A stretch of 64,000 bases of DNA from Daphnia carinata (taxonomy: Eukaryota): contig NC_081331.1 of NCBI RefSeq assembly GCF_022539665.2, forward strand, positions 7,688,001-7,752,000. Direction: 5' to 3'. The first letter of the stretch is position 1. Each line of letters begins with the position of its first letter. The translations under genes and the position numbers were made by a program. The notes below the pieces were generated by a model. That model did not search any database and had not been told where the DNA came from. It saw only the letters and a program-made list of their open reading frames with translations. Below, piece after piece: positions 1 through 12,802 of this stretch.

Positions 1-766
1 AAAATAGCACTAACGACGAAATTATAGATAATTTGCAAACTTTGTCTGGAATCCCGTTATACGTAAGTGTAAACAAATTACATTGTTTCATTATTTCTCA
101 AAGAGGGTATTTACAGGGCGACGGTCAATTACCTTTGCGATTTCTCTTGATTCTAATGGACGAAATTTTTGAGCTACACAATCGTAATCAATGGTTGAGA
201 AAAAGAGTTTTCTATGTGCTCCGTGAAATTTTGCGAGCAATGTTTGGAGATGTATTTAATCAGAAGATCGTTGATTACGTAGTCACAGCTACGTCCCCGG
301 AACAGGTTGCTGAGTTCATTCAAGTCATCAAGTATGCGAAAGTTCGTTTTCTGCCGTACAACGTTCCTTCCTGATGCAAAGTTGTGTTTGCTCTAGGTGC
401 TCGTTTTGGCCCCATGGGGTACCTGCTATGCCTCGGCCTTGCCGTGATGAAGCCACCAAAATGCGAACTCGAGTAGCCGCCAAAATGTCTCTATTATCGT
501 TATTTTCAGGTACGATCGCTGTTATCGCTAATATTTTTAGCTTAGAATGCTGTATCTGATATCTCGTTATCGCAGATGAAATCAAACACCTCATAGGCAG
601 CGAAACTACTCGAGAAGGTGTTTTTCGCATATTTGAATTATTTCAAAATCCTGTTCTAAATCGACGATTGTTCTACGTGATTTTCGAAGCCGTGGTTGAC
701 ACTCTTTTTCCTGAAACTAATGTCGATGAATTGTTTGAGAAACTTCTGCAGGAAAACTCCAATTAG
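1..766 (+). CDS. SNX13: Sorting nexin-13, last exons (C-terminal nexin domain): <1-62, 117-331, 397-509, 576-766
   Basis: GT..AG introns at 63-116, 332-396 and 510-575 keep the frame. Spliced protein LPLRFLLILMDEIFELHNRNQWLRKR...TSPEQV...FWPHG...CRDEATKMRTRVAAK...DEIKHLIGSETTREGVFRIFELFQNPVLNRRL matches the SNX13 C-terminus as I recall it. Stop TAG at 764-766. Confidence 0.9.
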
Positions 767-2048
767 TGTTGAACTTCGCTTTCTAAAACTTAATTGTATT
801 CTGTTACGCTTTGTTGTCGTATTTTCGAAATACCTCGCTGGAGTGATATAAAAAAAAAAATACATGGCATGCTGACGATGCTGTTCATTCTCCACGTCAG
901 CGCACAACGTCCTTATCCATTATTTACAAATAATGGGTGTTATAATGTCGTTTGTTTGTACGTAACAAAGGAGAAACATGTAAGAACGAAAAATGTCAGT
1001 CACATAATTTGAAGTTTATTACGCACTAGCCATGTTACGAACCATCCCCAGAGGCATTATTAGAACTGTCCTCACAAACAACTCGGAAAGAGAACTAGTA
1101 AACTTACGAGCGGATAAGGGGGTCACGAAAGCATCACAATTCTCATCCGTAACATATCATAGAACAAGAGCACCCACCAAAACTATTACACTTCTATTTA
1201 ACACATCATCTCCCATTGAAGTTGGGGTTGCGCATGAAATCTGCACATAAAGCAGAATATCTCAAACCAAGTTACTAAAATTTCGGCCATACTGAGGAAT
1301 GCTGACTCATACAGCGTGTCCCATAAAAATCGGACCATTTTCGTTAAATAAAAACGCCCCCTATTGTAAACCTATACAATGACATAGGGATTTAGGCTAA
1401 ATTTGAGCATATTGTTGCGAAGGAAAGATAGCAGATATTGCTATCTCTTCTAAGAGACGCTACATCGAAACTCGTAATTACGTATGTTGAGCTTTCCGTG
1501 AAGAATCATGTAATACACGTAGGTAAATTTCATGCAACGTTCAACACGGCGAATTTATACAGCCCTAGGGAAGAGACGTGTCTTTGCAAAAGTAGTATAA
1601 AAAATCATCTAACTCCCTCACCCCAGATCTCTCTCTCTCGACGAGTTGCTTAGAAAAGTAAGTACCGTTAGTCGTTCTTTTCCCTTCAATCACATTGTAT
1701 TGTCAGAGAAAAAAAAGTTATTGAATCAAGTGTGACAAATGGTTGATGTAACGGATTCTTAATCTAAGGGGTCTTAATCTAAGTTTTAAATTAAATTAAC
1801 TTATATCTCTATAGCTTAATAATCCGCTGATAGGGAGAAAAACACTGATAGAGATTCACTAGTACTTAATTTGAATTTTCAGAAACTTACATAAAGGACG
1901 TCTGCTTATGACAAGGGAAAATTTAGAAGGGTCGGCCATTGCCGACATCGGCCACTAAGAAAGCTCTGTTAAACAGTGCCCCTAGCGGCATACACAAATA
2001 ATAATAGTAATAATTGTAACTAAACATAAAAAACGGCGGGTCTCGTAC

Positions 2049-4976
2049 GGGCCTTCCAAACCTAGAAATGCCCTGGATGTTCTCCTGTTCAGAATCCACA
2101 ACATTCTCCCCACCGGAATCGCCAGCTCCCTCCTGCGACTGCAGTTTCTTCTTAGGGTGTGGATTCTTCTTTTTCTTCTTGGATGTAGTTTTCTCCTTTT
2201 CACCGGCTTCAGCGTCGTCGACTGATGTGTCGATGTCGACTTGTACTTCTAAGGCGTAGACAGTCTGGATGCCTCGGGTGGTTTTCTTCCCCGATCGTAG
2301 CCGTAGGGTAACAGCTCTCACCTTGCCGTCGTAGCCAGGGACCAATTCAGTAACAATGGCCGTCTGCCAGGAAACTCGCTTGATGTTCAAATAACAAAAT
2401 ACGTGCAACTTCATAATGTCCATCTTCATCTTGAATGATGGACTCTGTATAGGATTTCCAATGAATAGATAGTGGAATGTTCTCTAGTGGATCCAAGCTT
2501 TCCAGCTTCCACCATCTGGCGAAATCTATTACGTCAGTTTACGGGTCTGTATCTTCTTCCAAATTTTTCGGGTGTTCCTAGTTTCGCTTTTAAGAGAAAG
2601 CCGATTGCCGTGTTAGACGATATCGCCACTGTCTCATCTTGCCCTAGTAATAACCATCCAAATTTGCTTTCTATCGCTCGAATACCCGTTTTCGAGACGA
2701 TCTGTTTTGAGCCGAGAACCTTCTAGACTTGATTCGCTCCGATCAAGATGTCGATTTGGCACGGTCCTGCTCTTCCGCCTAAAATTCTGTCATCTGCAAG
2801 TTGGTATCCTTTGCTCCAAAGTTCGCAGACGAATTCCGTCTTTTTTGATCCAGCAACCTTTCCGATTTCAGTTTGCTATCGTTTCTAATTCTATTTCTTC
2901 AGCTTGTGGGATGAGTCTTCGAAGTCTCAATTTTCTTACACTCCGTTTTTTCTAGAGTTTGAGCCAATTCACTCCGAATTAAGGTTGCATTCGATCCTTG
3001 ATCGATATAAGCAATAGCTTTCAGCCATCCTTTTGGGCCCTCCACTATTACTTTGTTCGTTTTGACATATACGCCACCAAATAGGCGTGCTTCTATTGAA
3101 AGAGGAGCGTCATCTGCTACCTTTAACATTGGAGCCTTTTTTCTTTCTTGACTGGCTCAATTTCCTTTTGTAGTGTGACATCACACTTGGTCGGGGGGTG
3201 TTTATCATTACAAAATAAACATCTTCTTTTTTCCAAACTAAACTGTTTTCTGCTTTTTGGATTTCTTGGGTATTCTGTTGCAGTCTCTGTGACTGCTAAC
3301 TCAGCTGCCGTTGGCGTTGTTGCGACTGTGACTTGTTGCATCTTCTCTGTTGCTTCTTGTTTCGTTTTCTTCTTTTCGTGTTTTTCTGTGGAATAGGCAT
3401 ATTTCCAGTCTTCAGCTATTGAATCAATGAAAATAAAGAGATCCTTTAATGTCTTTTATGACCGTCTGGTCTCTCCGTGCCATCTTGATATTAGCTCAAT
3501 TGGCAGCTTTCTTGTAATGATCTCCATAATGGCTTCGTTTTCAGCTGTATGCTGTTCTAGGTTACTGAGGTTTATAGCATGGCCCATTACCTTGTCGCGT
3601 AGTTGTCGTAAGGCCTTGTGGTCGTCTTGACGTTCTACTTTTTTTAGTTCTGTGATAGCGATATAATGGTCTGCTTTTACCGATCTCGGATTGCTGTATC
3701 TCCGGCTTATAATTTCAATTGTCTTGGTATAATTGTCTTCCGTTAGATCCAAGTACGAAACCGGAGCAGCAGCTTCCTCCGTTATGTGTAGTTTTAGTCT
3801 GCTAAATTTTTCTATGGGTCTCATGGATTGGTTTTCGTGGATAAGTGTTCGAAAAATCGCCCACCTATCCCTCCATTTCTGTAGGTCACCGTCGAATTTG
3901 GTAATTTCTATCCTGGGTAGTAGATGTACTAAACTCATAGCGTTTGCAGTTGGTTGCAAAGTTAGTGCGTTCATTGCCGGAGCAACGTTCGTAGTTAGAG
4001 ATCTCTCCTCTTCACTATGCGCAGCGACTTGGAGTACAGGTTCTCTTTGTTGAGGGCTTCGTCTGCTCTCAGTTGGTCTTCTTCTCCTCTAATCGATGTT
4101 CATTTTTTGAAACCACTTGATGAAGTCTTCATGTTGTTGAAGATATTTCTCCTGAGTTTCGGCTTCCAAAATAGGGATGAGTGTTTGTTAGTTCTTTTCC
4201 AATTTTCTCATTCTATTTTCGGCTAGTTCAAAAGACATCTCCGCACTCGTAGTATATTTTCTTCACATGCTTCATCATAATTCTTCAGGTCCTTGTGAAG
4301 TTCTTTTTCTAAAACATCAATTGTCAATACGATGGCTGCCTGCGCCAACGATTTATTGGTAGCTATCTTGTTTAGTTTCAAGGCTATCTGAAAAATGTAT
4401 ATGAAAAACAATTATTGTGGGGTATCCCAAGGCAAGTTTTCTTTTTGAGAAAGCAACACGAAAATGGATTTAAGAAAGAAAAACGAAATATTTTATTTTG
4501 CGATATTGCACGAGTTCACAACAAAGGCTATCTGTCCTTTTCTTCTATCACAAAAATGTTCTTGATTAAACAACCATAAAAAGATTCTTAGTTGTCTTCA
4601 GGTTAGTCCTCTTCTTCCTTTGTAGCTCCTTAGTAGTCTCCTTCCAGGCTCTGGAGCACGTACTCTCCTTCTACTTCCTTCTTCTTCAAAGTCACCACCT
4701 GGCCTTCTTCACGATCTTCAATCTTTACCTTGACCTTTTCTTTCTTTTCTTCTGGTACACCGGCTTTGTCAGAGAAAAAGTTCGCAACGACAACGTTCCT
4801 GACTGGCCGTATGGTGTATGTTGGTTGAGGAGCAGGAAATAGCGATGGACGAAATCTTCTGGTAGGCTGAAGGTGAAAGTTTGGGTCAAAGCTTGGTGCT
4901 GGATGTATCAAAGGTCCTGACGGGCGTTCCAAAGCTAGAAATGCCCTGGATTTTCTCCTGTTCAGAATCCACAACA
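2049..4976 (-). mobile_element. Internally deleted, decayed BEL/Pao LTR retrotransposon
   Basis: Gag LPRIEITKFDGDLQKW (3456-3974), Cys-His knuckle CLFCNDKHPPTKC, protease YIDQGSNATLI, and integrase tail WQTAIVTELVPGYDGKVRAV...VYALE. The LTR start TGTTGTGGATTCTGAACAGG occurs at 4976 and again at 2103, the latter after a purine tract (2104-2112). RT, RNase H and the integrase core are absent. Confidence 0.85.
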
Positions 4977-7900
4977 ATGGAGACGTAGCTCGTTACCTGT
5001 TTCTAACGAATTTGCTCTGCATTAGATATAGCCCATGCAGAATGTAAAAAAAAGGAAGAGATTGTAAGGAAAACGTTCCAAAAGACCCTTTGAACTTAAA
5101 TTAAACGCTTCGCGATCGTTGCGGAGTGGCAGACGATATTGCGTCATACTGAACCTATAAACGGAGCATCTTTACGGTCGAAATCAGTAGTGACCTTTTA
5201 TCAAAGGAAGGTGATGTATCGAAAGTTTGACTAGCGTACAACGTGTTCAATTGTACGAACTATTAATTAGTCGTATACTCTAATTGTGTCGATTAATGAT
5301 ATTGAACTAGGCTTGTGTAGTGCTGTAAGAGTGTTGATATTACTTCCCTTCGGGGCCCGTGGGTGATAAATGAGCGACTCGTGAGCGTTCACCTACGGTG
5401 ACGGGAACTTGATGTTTGAGTTGTGATTTGGTTCAATCGACATCACAGTGCCTGAGCCGTGGGTGTGAAGGCGACAGAGTTATTGTCTTTAAGATTTCAT
5501 AGCCCTGGTTCCTGCGAGCAAGTATTCAAGCCCCTTTTTCCTCGCGAATCCTATTCATTGTTTACCAATAGAGCTGAGCTTACTCCCATAATTTTTACAC
5601 AGAAAAAGACTAGTTCGCGCTTATCTAGTTGTCGATTGAATCAAGTAGATGCTTGCATCCGCTTCATGATTTGTCCACCCCTTTACTGGAAGCGAAACCA
5701 TAGCAAACACCTAGGCACAAGAGTTGGAAATCTCTACCTCTAGAGAAAATTTGGCTACGTCAAGCGCAGGGACAATACACCAGAGTCCGTTTAACAGCCT
5801 TATATGTCAAACATTTTCAGGAGCTGACTCGGGGCCACATTTACGACAGCCTATGCCCGTTTCTGTTCCTGTGATAGGACAATACATTTTTCGACCTCCA
5901 AGACATTTGCAGCCACAGGTGCAGTTTTGGAAGCTGTTTGAAAATTCATAAGCCCACTTAAGTTTCGATGAAACGCAATAGCAGACACCCGTCAATGGTT
6001 GGATCGCTATGAAATAATTTATACCCACAATGGTCAGAGCGATGCTGACAAACGAATAACTTCAGTATCCACTTGGATGGTGCCGCAAGAAATAGGTTCC
6101 TGTGCGCAAGAACTTTAAATGACTGGCAAGACATTGCAGCATAGTCCGTTGACGGAAGAAAAAAGGCCACTTTCATTACCCTCTCTGCGTTCTGTGTTTT
6201 TGAAAGAGCTTCCACCGGATATCTATGTCTTTTTCAAGAAACCAGACCCAGAAATAGAACCCAAGGGGTGAATGAGCCAACCATTCCGTACTACTATGAA
6301 ATTCTTAACCTTTGCATATCCAAAGAGGTCGGAAACCCATCGATCAACGTTATAGAGGCCTTTGACAGCACTTTTTTGAAAAACTTAGCAATTGAAGCCA
6401 CGAACATGTGAAGAATTTTTGGCACTAGCAAAATCCTATACTGAGGCGGCACTCATGTCGCAAACAAAAGATGGAAGAATTCGTAATCGGATTGGCAGAA
6501 AGCTTATCAGGAATTACCATATCTTTCCGTAATCTATCTGGATCGACAAGCAGATTTTACGAAGGCGATGTATAAATTTATTCGAGATACTTGCGAGAAA
6601 CTATTAACGAAGGAGGGAAACGGGAAGGTGAAACGAAGAGGCTCGTTTAGACAACGACGACGCATTGTAGGCGGAAAACCACAGTGTTTCTACAGCAGAA
6701 ATCAGAACACATTGCTCGAACCTGCTATAGCAGTCCTGAATTGGAGCGGTATAAAAGATGTCTAAAAGACGCAGTGGTAGAAGCAATTCCAAAGGGAAAT
6801 TTGCCAATAAAATTAGCAGTCCAACATTCGAATGCGATGGAAGAGAATGCAGATGGTTCGGAAATATACATTTGAACTTAAATTTCACAAGATTACGTAG
6901 AGAGACAGTCAAGTGTGGCAAAGCAAACGCAGGAAATGGTCAGCCCAATGATCTGGCTTTACCTTGAATAATTTGAAAATTTTGAAACGAACACCGGAGA
7001 CAATGGTTTTTCTTTGTAGTGAACTGTTGGAGTTTTTTTCTCGACTAAATGTCATTTGCCCTCTACCGCGAGACGGTCGATAGGCCTAGGGTGGGGTTTG
7101 ATTACAAAAGGAAATGTGCAGTGGTGGCCCTCTGTCGAAGGCTACCCAACGCGAATATAGAAAAACGGCTGGGCAGCCTTGCCAGACTCCCAGATCGTGC
7201 GGTCCGCTGTTGGGAATGTATTATATTCCCAACACACTTCCCACCAGTGCCCGTGCTCCACGGTTCGACCTCTTTGACAGGGCTGGCGGCTGCCATAGAG
7301 GGTTCTGCATCTTCATCTGGCTCCAGCTCCAGCGCGGGTAGTATTTCTACGTCGTCAGGTTAGTCTTAGCGTAACTCTAGGGGATATAATGAGTGTATCG
7401 CGTGGTTGATCAAGTTCCCGTTTGCGGTGTTAATCATTACCGATTGAATTAATCGGTTTACACCGGTTATTAACTCTTTTAACACCCGAACGTTCACATA
7501 AGACGTTTGGTAATTTCATCGTCGATAACGGCGACCTCTCTTCTCCTACTCGGATCTTGCGACCAGGCTCTTTTTTGTAGTGCAATTTGGAACAGATAGT
7601 TATTGAAGAATCACTCACAGGCATGCATGACATATTCCCTGCGTAGGCGGTCCATTTCATTCAGTCACGCGTTTGTTGTATCGGGAATTATTAGATTCAG
7701 TTCCGGCTTCGACGGAATGCAGTTTGATTGTAGGGTGTTCAGGAAATTATTTGGAGTGATAGAAAGGGGATCGACGCTCCCCTCCGCCACTTAAGTAAGC
7801 GGCCTTGCGTTTACTACGCTTTCGGTGTCTATCAGGCTGATTTACAATTAATTTTATTTAGGCACTCACGGCCATTGGATCGCCGGATTAGGCCCTTTAT

Positions 7901-9968
7901 CGTTATCATCATACCTTCCCGAAACCCCCACACCCATGAATCTAGGCTGTCGGAGAAAATCCATTCGGTTATGGGCATAGCTGGGTGTCGTAGATCGCTG
8001 GATCAGATCTAAGAACCTTCAGATGTTTGGAACGCACTTAAATGTCCGTGCGCTATCCGATTACATAACAGACGGTGCCCCTCCTAGTGGAGAATCTTCT
8101 TAATGCTAAGAGGAGGTCACATGCTGACAGGATTTTTGTCCAAATCGACGGCCCTTATCACTGAGCAGGTAAATAGGCAGGCGTAACTTTTCCGATGTTT
8201 GAAAGTGCACTTTTCTTCTTGCTTGATTCGCCCGTTTGGAGATTTTCTTAGGGTTTTCTCCGTTTGTCCTTAAGCTAGAGAATATACTGGAGTCTCCATA
8301 CTTGAATCTTCTGTTTGTTGGGGGTCTCTGGAGACCGTCAGGTTCCCCTGCTTGCTTTTCTTACGCAATGTTGGATGTTTATAGTATAAGGGCCCTGCGA
8401 ATCTACACCCATGATTCCAAAGGCTTTCGCACGGTTTAAAAGATTTGGTGGTAGAGGTGTTTGAGTGAGGCATTCTTGTCTTGGATGATTAATTTTATGA
8501 CTGGATGATGAGCGGGAAATAGAATGGTAGGTTCTCTTTTTCGTTTTGCATCTTGATTGGAGTTTTTATTAGTGTTCTGCTGGTAAGATGATTTTTAGAG
8601 ATAAGTCTTAGCATCCAGACGACTTTTCGGAGTAAACAGTTCCTTGACGGAATTCGATTCAGCTACCATTTAATTTGGGTAGCTGACTTCATGATAGCCA
8701 GCGACATGAAAACGGTTTTGCTTTGGTTAGCGCTTCAATCCTATTATAGTTACTCGACTCTCCTCCGTAGGGTGTTGAATCCGGCCACTCGTTTTCGTCT
8801 TTTAGCTATGGTGGACCCTTCTACCACAGTTCGGAAAGTACCAGCATTACCGCTTGCGCTCCCCGTGAGGCGACAATCCCAGGATTTTGTTTACCCGGAA
8901 CGTTCCAGCACCGACTTATTCCTGACAGCTTTCTAATTGCATCTACTTATTAAAGTGCGACTAATTAGTCTGCCTAAAACATCGTTCGCCATGACTATAC
9001 GTAGAGAGTTTTTTTCCCAGCCGTGCGGCTAACAACTACCTCATGTTACGAGCTTCACACCCCATACCAATGTCTTGTCATGTTCCCACCTCTAGTGCCC
9101 CGATTCCCCCATCGATAGATGGCAGCCCGATACGTAGGCGACGGGTTGTCTGCACGCAGTCATGTGGAATAGTCTCTTTTCTCGCCGTCTACGAAGATGT
9201 CTTAAGAAGGTGCTCTGCGTTATCGCTGGCTTCCCTTCGTGAACTGCGTGCATCGTGATTTATTAGTTTGTCCTGGCAAATATACTTCGTCCTGTTTATC
9301 AATCGGAGTAAGGTTTATCTTTATTTCCCGTCTATTAATCCCATTCGTTACTCGCTGTTCACATCCTGGCCCGACGCCGGCAACATCCGCAACACTCAAT
9401 AATTCCGATCTTGGTAAGGTGACTTTTTTCTTTGGAAGAGGCGACACTTACTTTTTGCTAGAGAGAAAGTAGATAACGGTTTCGTAGTGTTTTGTTTGGA
9501 AACTTGCATAGCCAACGTTTACGTAAGCTGCCTGAAACGCATCACTGAAGAAATTTATTTCCGCCGATTGTATGACTCTTTTCTAGCAGCCTATCCAACG
9601 AGTGATTTTTTATTTAGCACCCTCGTTCAACCCAGTCATAGAAGATGTCCAAGTTTATCGTATTTCAGGTGGCAAAATCTAAATCGATTTTTGCTTCCCC
9701 CCCCCCAAAAAAAACCTAATAAACTCAATGGGATCAACACTCCATCTGATATTCTTAAAATGTTCATTTTGACCACTAGGTCTTCCAATTATGTTGTGGT
9801 ATCAGTGATGGGCGCGGAGTCGAATTGGAAGGTTCTAGTTCGGTATTCTTTCGAATTCCTAGGACCTTTGGTTGACCTTTTTCTAGCTTTTGGGTGAAAG
9901 TTTTTATGATGGGTGTGATAAGCCGCTTTGCATAGAAAAATTCCATACTTGTTTGATCGTTAGTCAAC

Positions 9969-10111
9969 TGTTGTAGTTTTAAGTGCGTAGCACCGACTGC
10001 CTCTTTATTCTCTAGTTCTGCATGAGGGTTATAGCCATGAATACCATGACATCTAGCGGCCACTGTTACACACACACACACGCAGGGCTCACTAGTTAGG
10101 TATTCACAACA
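9969..10111 (-). repeat. 3' LTR, 143 bp
   Basis: Direct repeat of 17202-17346. Confidence 0.95.
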
Positions 10112-12802
10112 TCTCCCCTCTACACAATATTACGAACATGAAAAGTGTTAGCTCATTAAGACACGACAAGCTCTTTGTAAACAAACAAACTTTGGAGGGC
10201 AACACGAGATACGAGAATTAAGCTGGGCACCGACAGTGTCACCTTTGACAGAGGACCAGATCGGTCAGTATCCTCTGAAGGCGTTTAACGCGACATTGCG
10301 GAATGACGAGCCATTATCCGAGCAGACACACGTACAGGTTCTACTGGAAGGCGAGGACCTACACCTGGATTCGACGTCAACGGAGGTGTCTCTCGGATCA
10401 TTACACCCTCTTGTGCCGCTTGAGCGGACTTATTCACATTGCGCACGAGAGGCTGTCCAGCATTTAGAGACTCTTGTCGCAGCGGCTGATTGCCATTGAC
10501 GTTGAAACCAGCTGATGTTGAGTTGACAACATTGACAGCGCTGCGAGTGCGACGGAAGAGACGACCATCGTCAAGACGAACTACGTATGAGTTGGGCGCC
10601 CAACGTACAGATTTGACAGTTCCTGGTCTCCATTTTCCAGCAATTAGGGCGCGCACCCGCTGACCTACGAAAAGAGTTGAACAACGCACATCCACGACCC
10701 GAGCCTGTTGAAAACTAGCTTTGGCCTGTCTTTGCTGAAGGCGTTCTGTCACTAACGTAGCCGGCATCACTTTAGGCTGTAGACGAGACGGTAGAAACGG
10801 CAGAGTACCACGTAAATTTCGACCCTGAAGAAGAACTGCAGGGGAGGGTAATGTATCTGATATTGGGGTAGACCGAATAGCTGCTAGCGCCTCCCATAGA
10901 GTCCGGCCATCGGCAAACATCTTCATGAGGGTTCTCTTCACCGTTTGAATATGGCGTTCAACTAGTCCATTGGACTGTGGATATTCTGGACTTGGTGTCA
11001 CATGGCGCACTTTTTGTTTGGTAAAGAAAGCGCGTATTTCAGCGCATTTGAACTGCGTACCATTATCAGTTTCTAATTCTTCAGGTACACCAAAGTCTGC
11101 AAATATGCGGTCCAACTCGACAATGACGGCCGCTGCCGTAGTACTCCTAAGTTTTACCGCACACGGCCACTTGCTATACGCATCAACAACTAGCATATAT
11201 TCAGCTCCCTCGTGCTTGAACAGGTCAGCTGACACTATTTGAAATGGATGCACTGGAAGGCGAACCGGGTATAAAGGTTGGGCCGGATTACGATGGCGAT
11301 TTGTCTGGCAAGTTGGGCAGCTGGCCACTACATTTTTAATTTGATCGTCACATCCGGTCCAGTATACAGCAGACCGTGCTCTCAGGACCGACTTTACCTC
11401 TCCGAAATGTCCCTCGTGAACTCCGTCCAACACTTCCCGCCGAAGTGACATAGGAACAACTATTCGTTCCCCATATAACAGGAGGCCGTCCACCTCTGCC
11501 AGCTGATGGCGAATGTTCCAAAACGGTTTCGCTTGGACGGGGCACTGATTTTTGTGGTCTGGCCATCCTCTGAGAAGTCCTTTTACCAACTGTAAAGTTG
11601 GGTCACTCAACGTAGCCGCTGCAAAGCGAGAGCGGGTATCGGCTAATGGAATGACCGTATCCAATACGACGTGCACCTGCTCTTCGCAGTTCTGTGACAC
11701 ATCGTCGATAAACAGGCTCGGTGAGGGAGCACGGCTAAGCGTGTCCGCGATGAAAAGCTCCTTTCCCGGCTTATAGACGAGGCTAAAGTCAAAACGCTGT
11801 AGTTGAAGGCGAAGGCGTTGAATGCGTGGGGAGCATTGTGCAATAGGTTTGTCTACAAGTCCCACTAACGGCTTGTGATCAGTCTCCACCACTACAGTCT
11901 GTCCATATACATATTGCAGGAAGCGTTCCAGCCCAAAGTAAACTGCCAGAAGTTCCTTTTCTATCTGGAAATATCTCTTCTGGGTCTCAGTGAGTGACGT
12001 TGAGGAAAAGGCCACTGGTTGGCCAGCTTGTAGTAGGACAGCCCCGATTCCAATCGATGACGCATCTACTGACACCACCACTGGTAGCGATCTGTCAAAG
12101 AGACGAAGCAGAGGTAGTGACGACATGGCTGTCTTTAACTTTTTAAATGCCACTTTATGGTGGTCCTCCCACACCCAAGCAACATCCTTTTTTAGTAGAT
12201 CCCTAAGAGGACGGGTTAGAACAGCCAGATTAGGAAAGAACTTGTCCAAATACGTCACCATGCCCAGAAGTCAGACAAGATCTTGAGGTGTGGACGGGTC
12301 AGGCATTTTGACAATGGCTTCAACTTTGGCAGGATCAGGTTTCAGAACACCTTGGCCAATGACATGTCCCAGCCACGGTATCTCCTGCAGAAAGAAACGA
12401 CACTTTTTGAGTTGAAGCTTCAGATTGTGTAGCCTACAGCGCTCAAATACCAGTCGCAGGTTCTTGTTTGCTTCCTCCACTATTTCACCGGTGACAAGAA
12501 AATCATCAAAATAGATGAAAGCTCCTGGCAGGTCACCAAACAGATCAGCCATTACTTGTAGGTATATTTCTGGCGCCGATTTCAAGCCAAAGGGAAGGCG
12601 AAGGTACCGAAAGCGACCTCTTGGCGTTGCCATAGTGCATAGGTACGACGCTGCAGGAGACAAAGGAATTTGGTAAAACCCGGATGCAGCATCCAGACTG
12701 CAAAAGAATTTAGCCTTACAAATCCTGCTGAAGAGCTGCTCTATCGTTGGAACTGTGAAGTGGTGTCGTTGTATAGCCTTATTAAGCTCTGGCGGATCTA
12801 GA

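Noticed and set aside
9776..10081. ORFs starting MCVCVTVAAR, also at 17093-17314
   Set aside because: They are translations of the LTR and its CA microsatellite.
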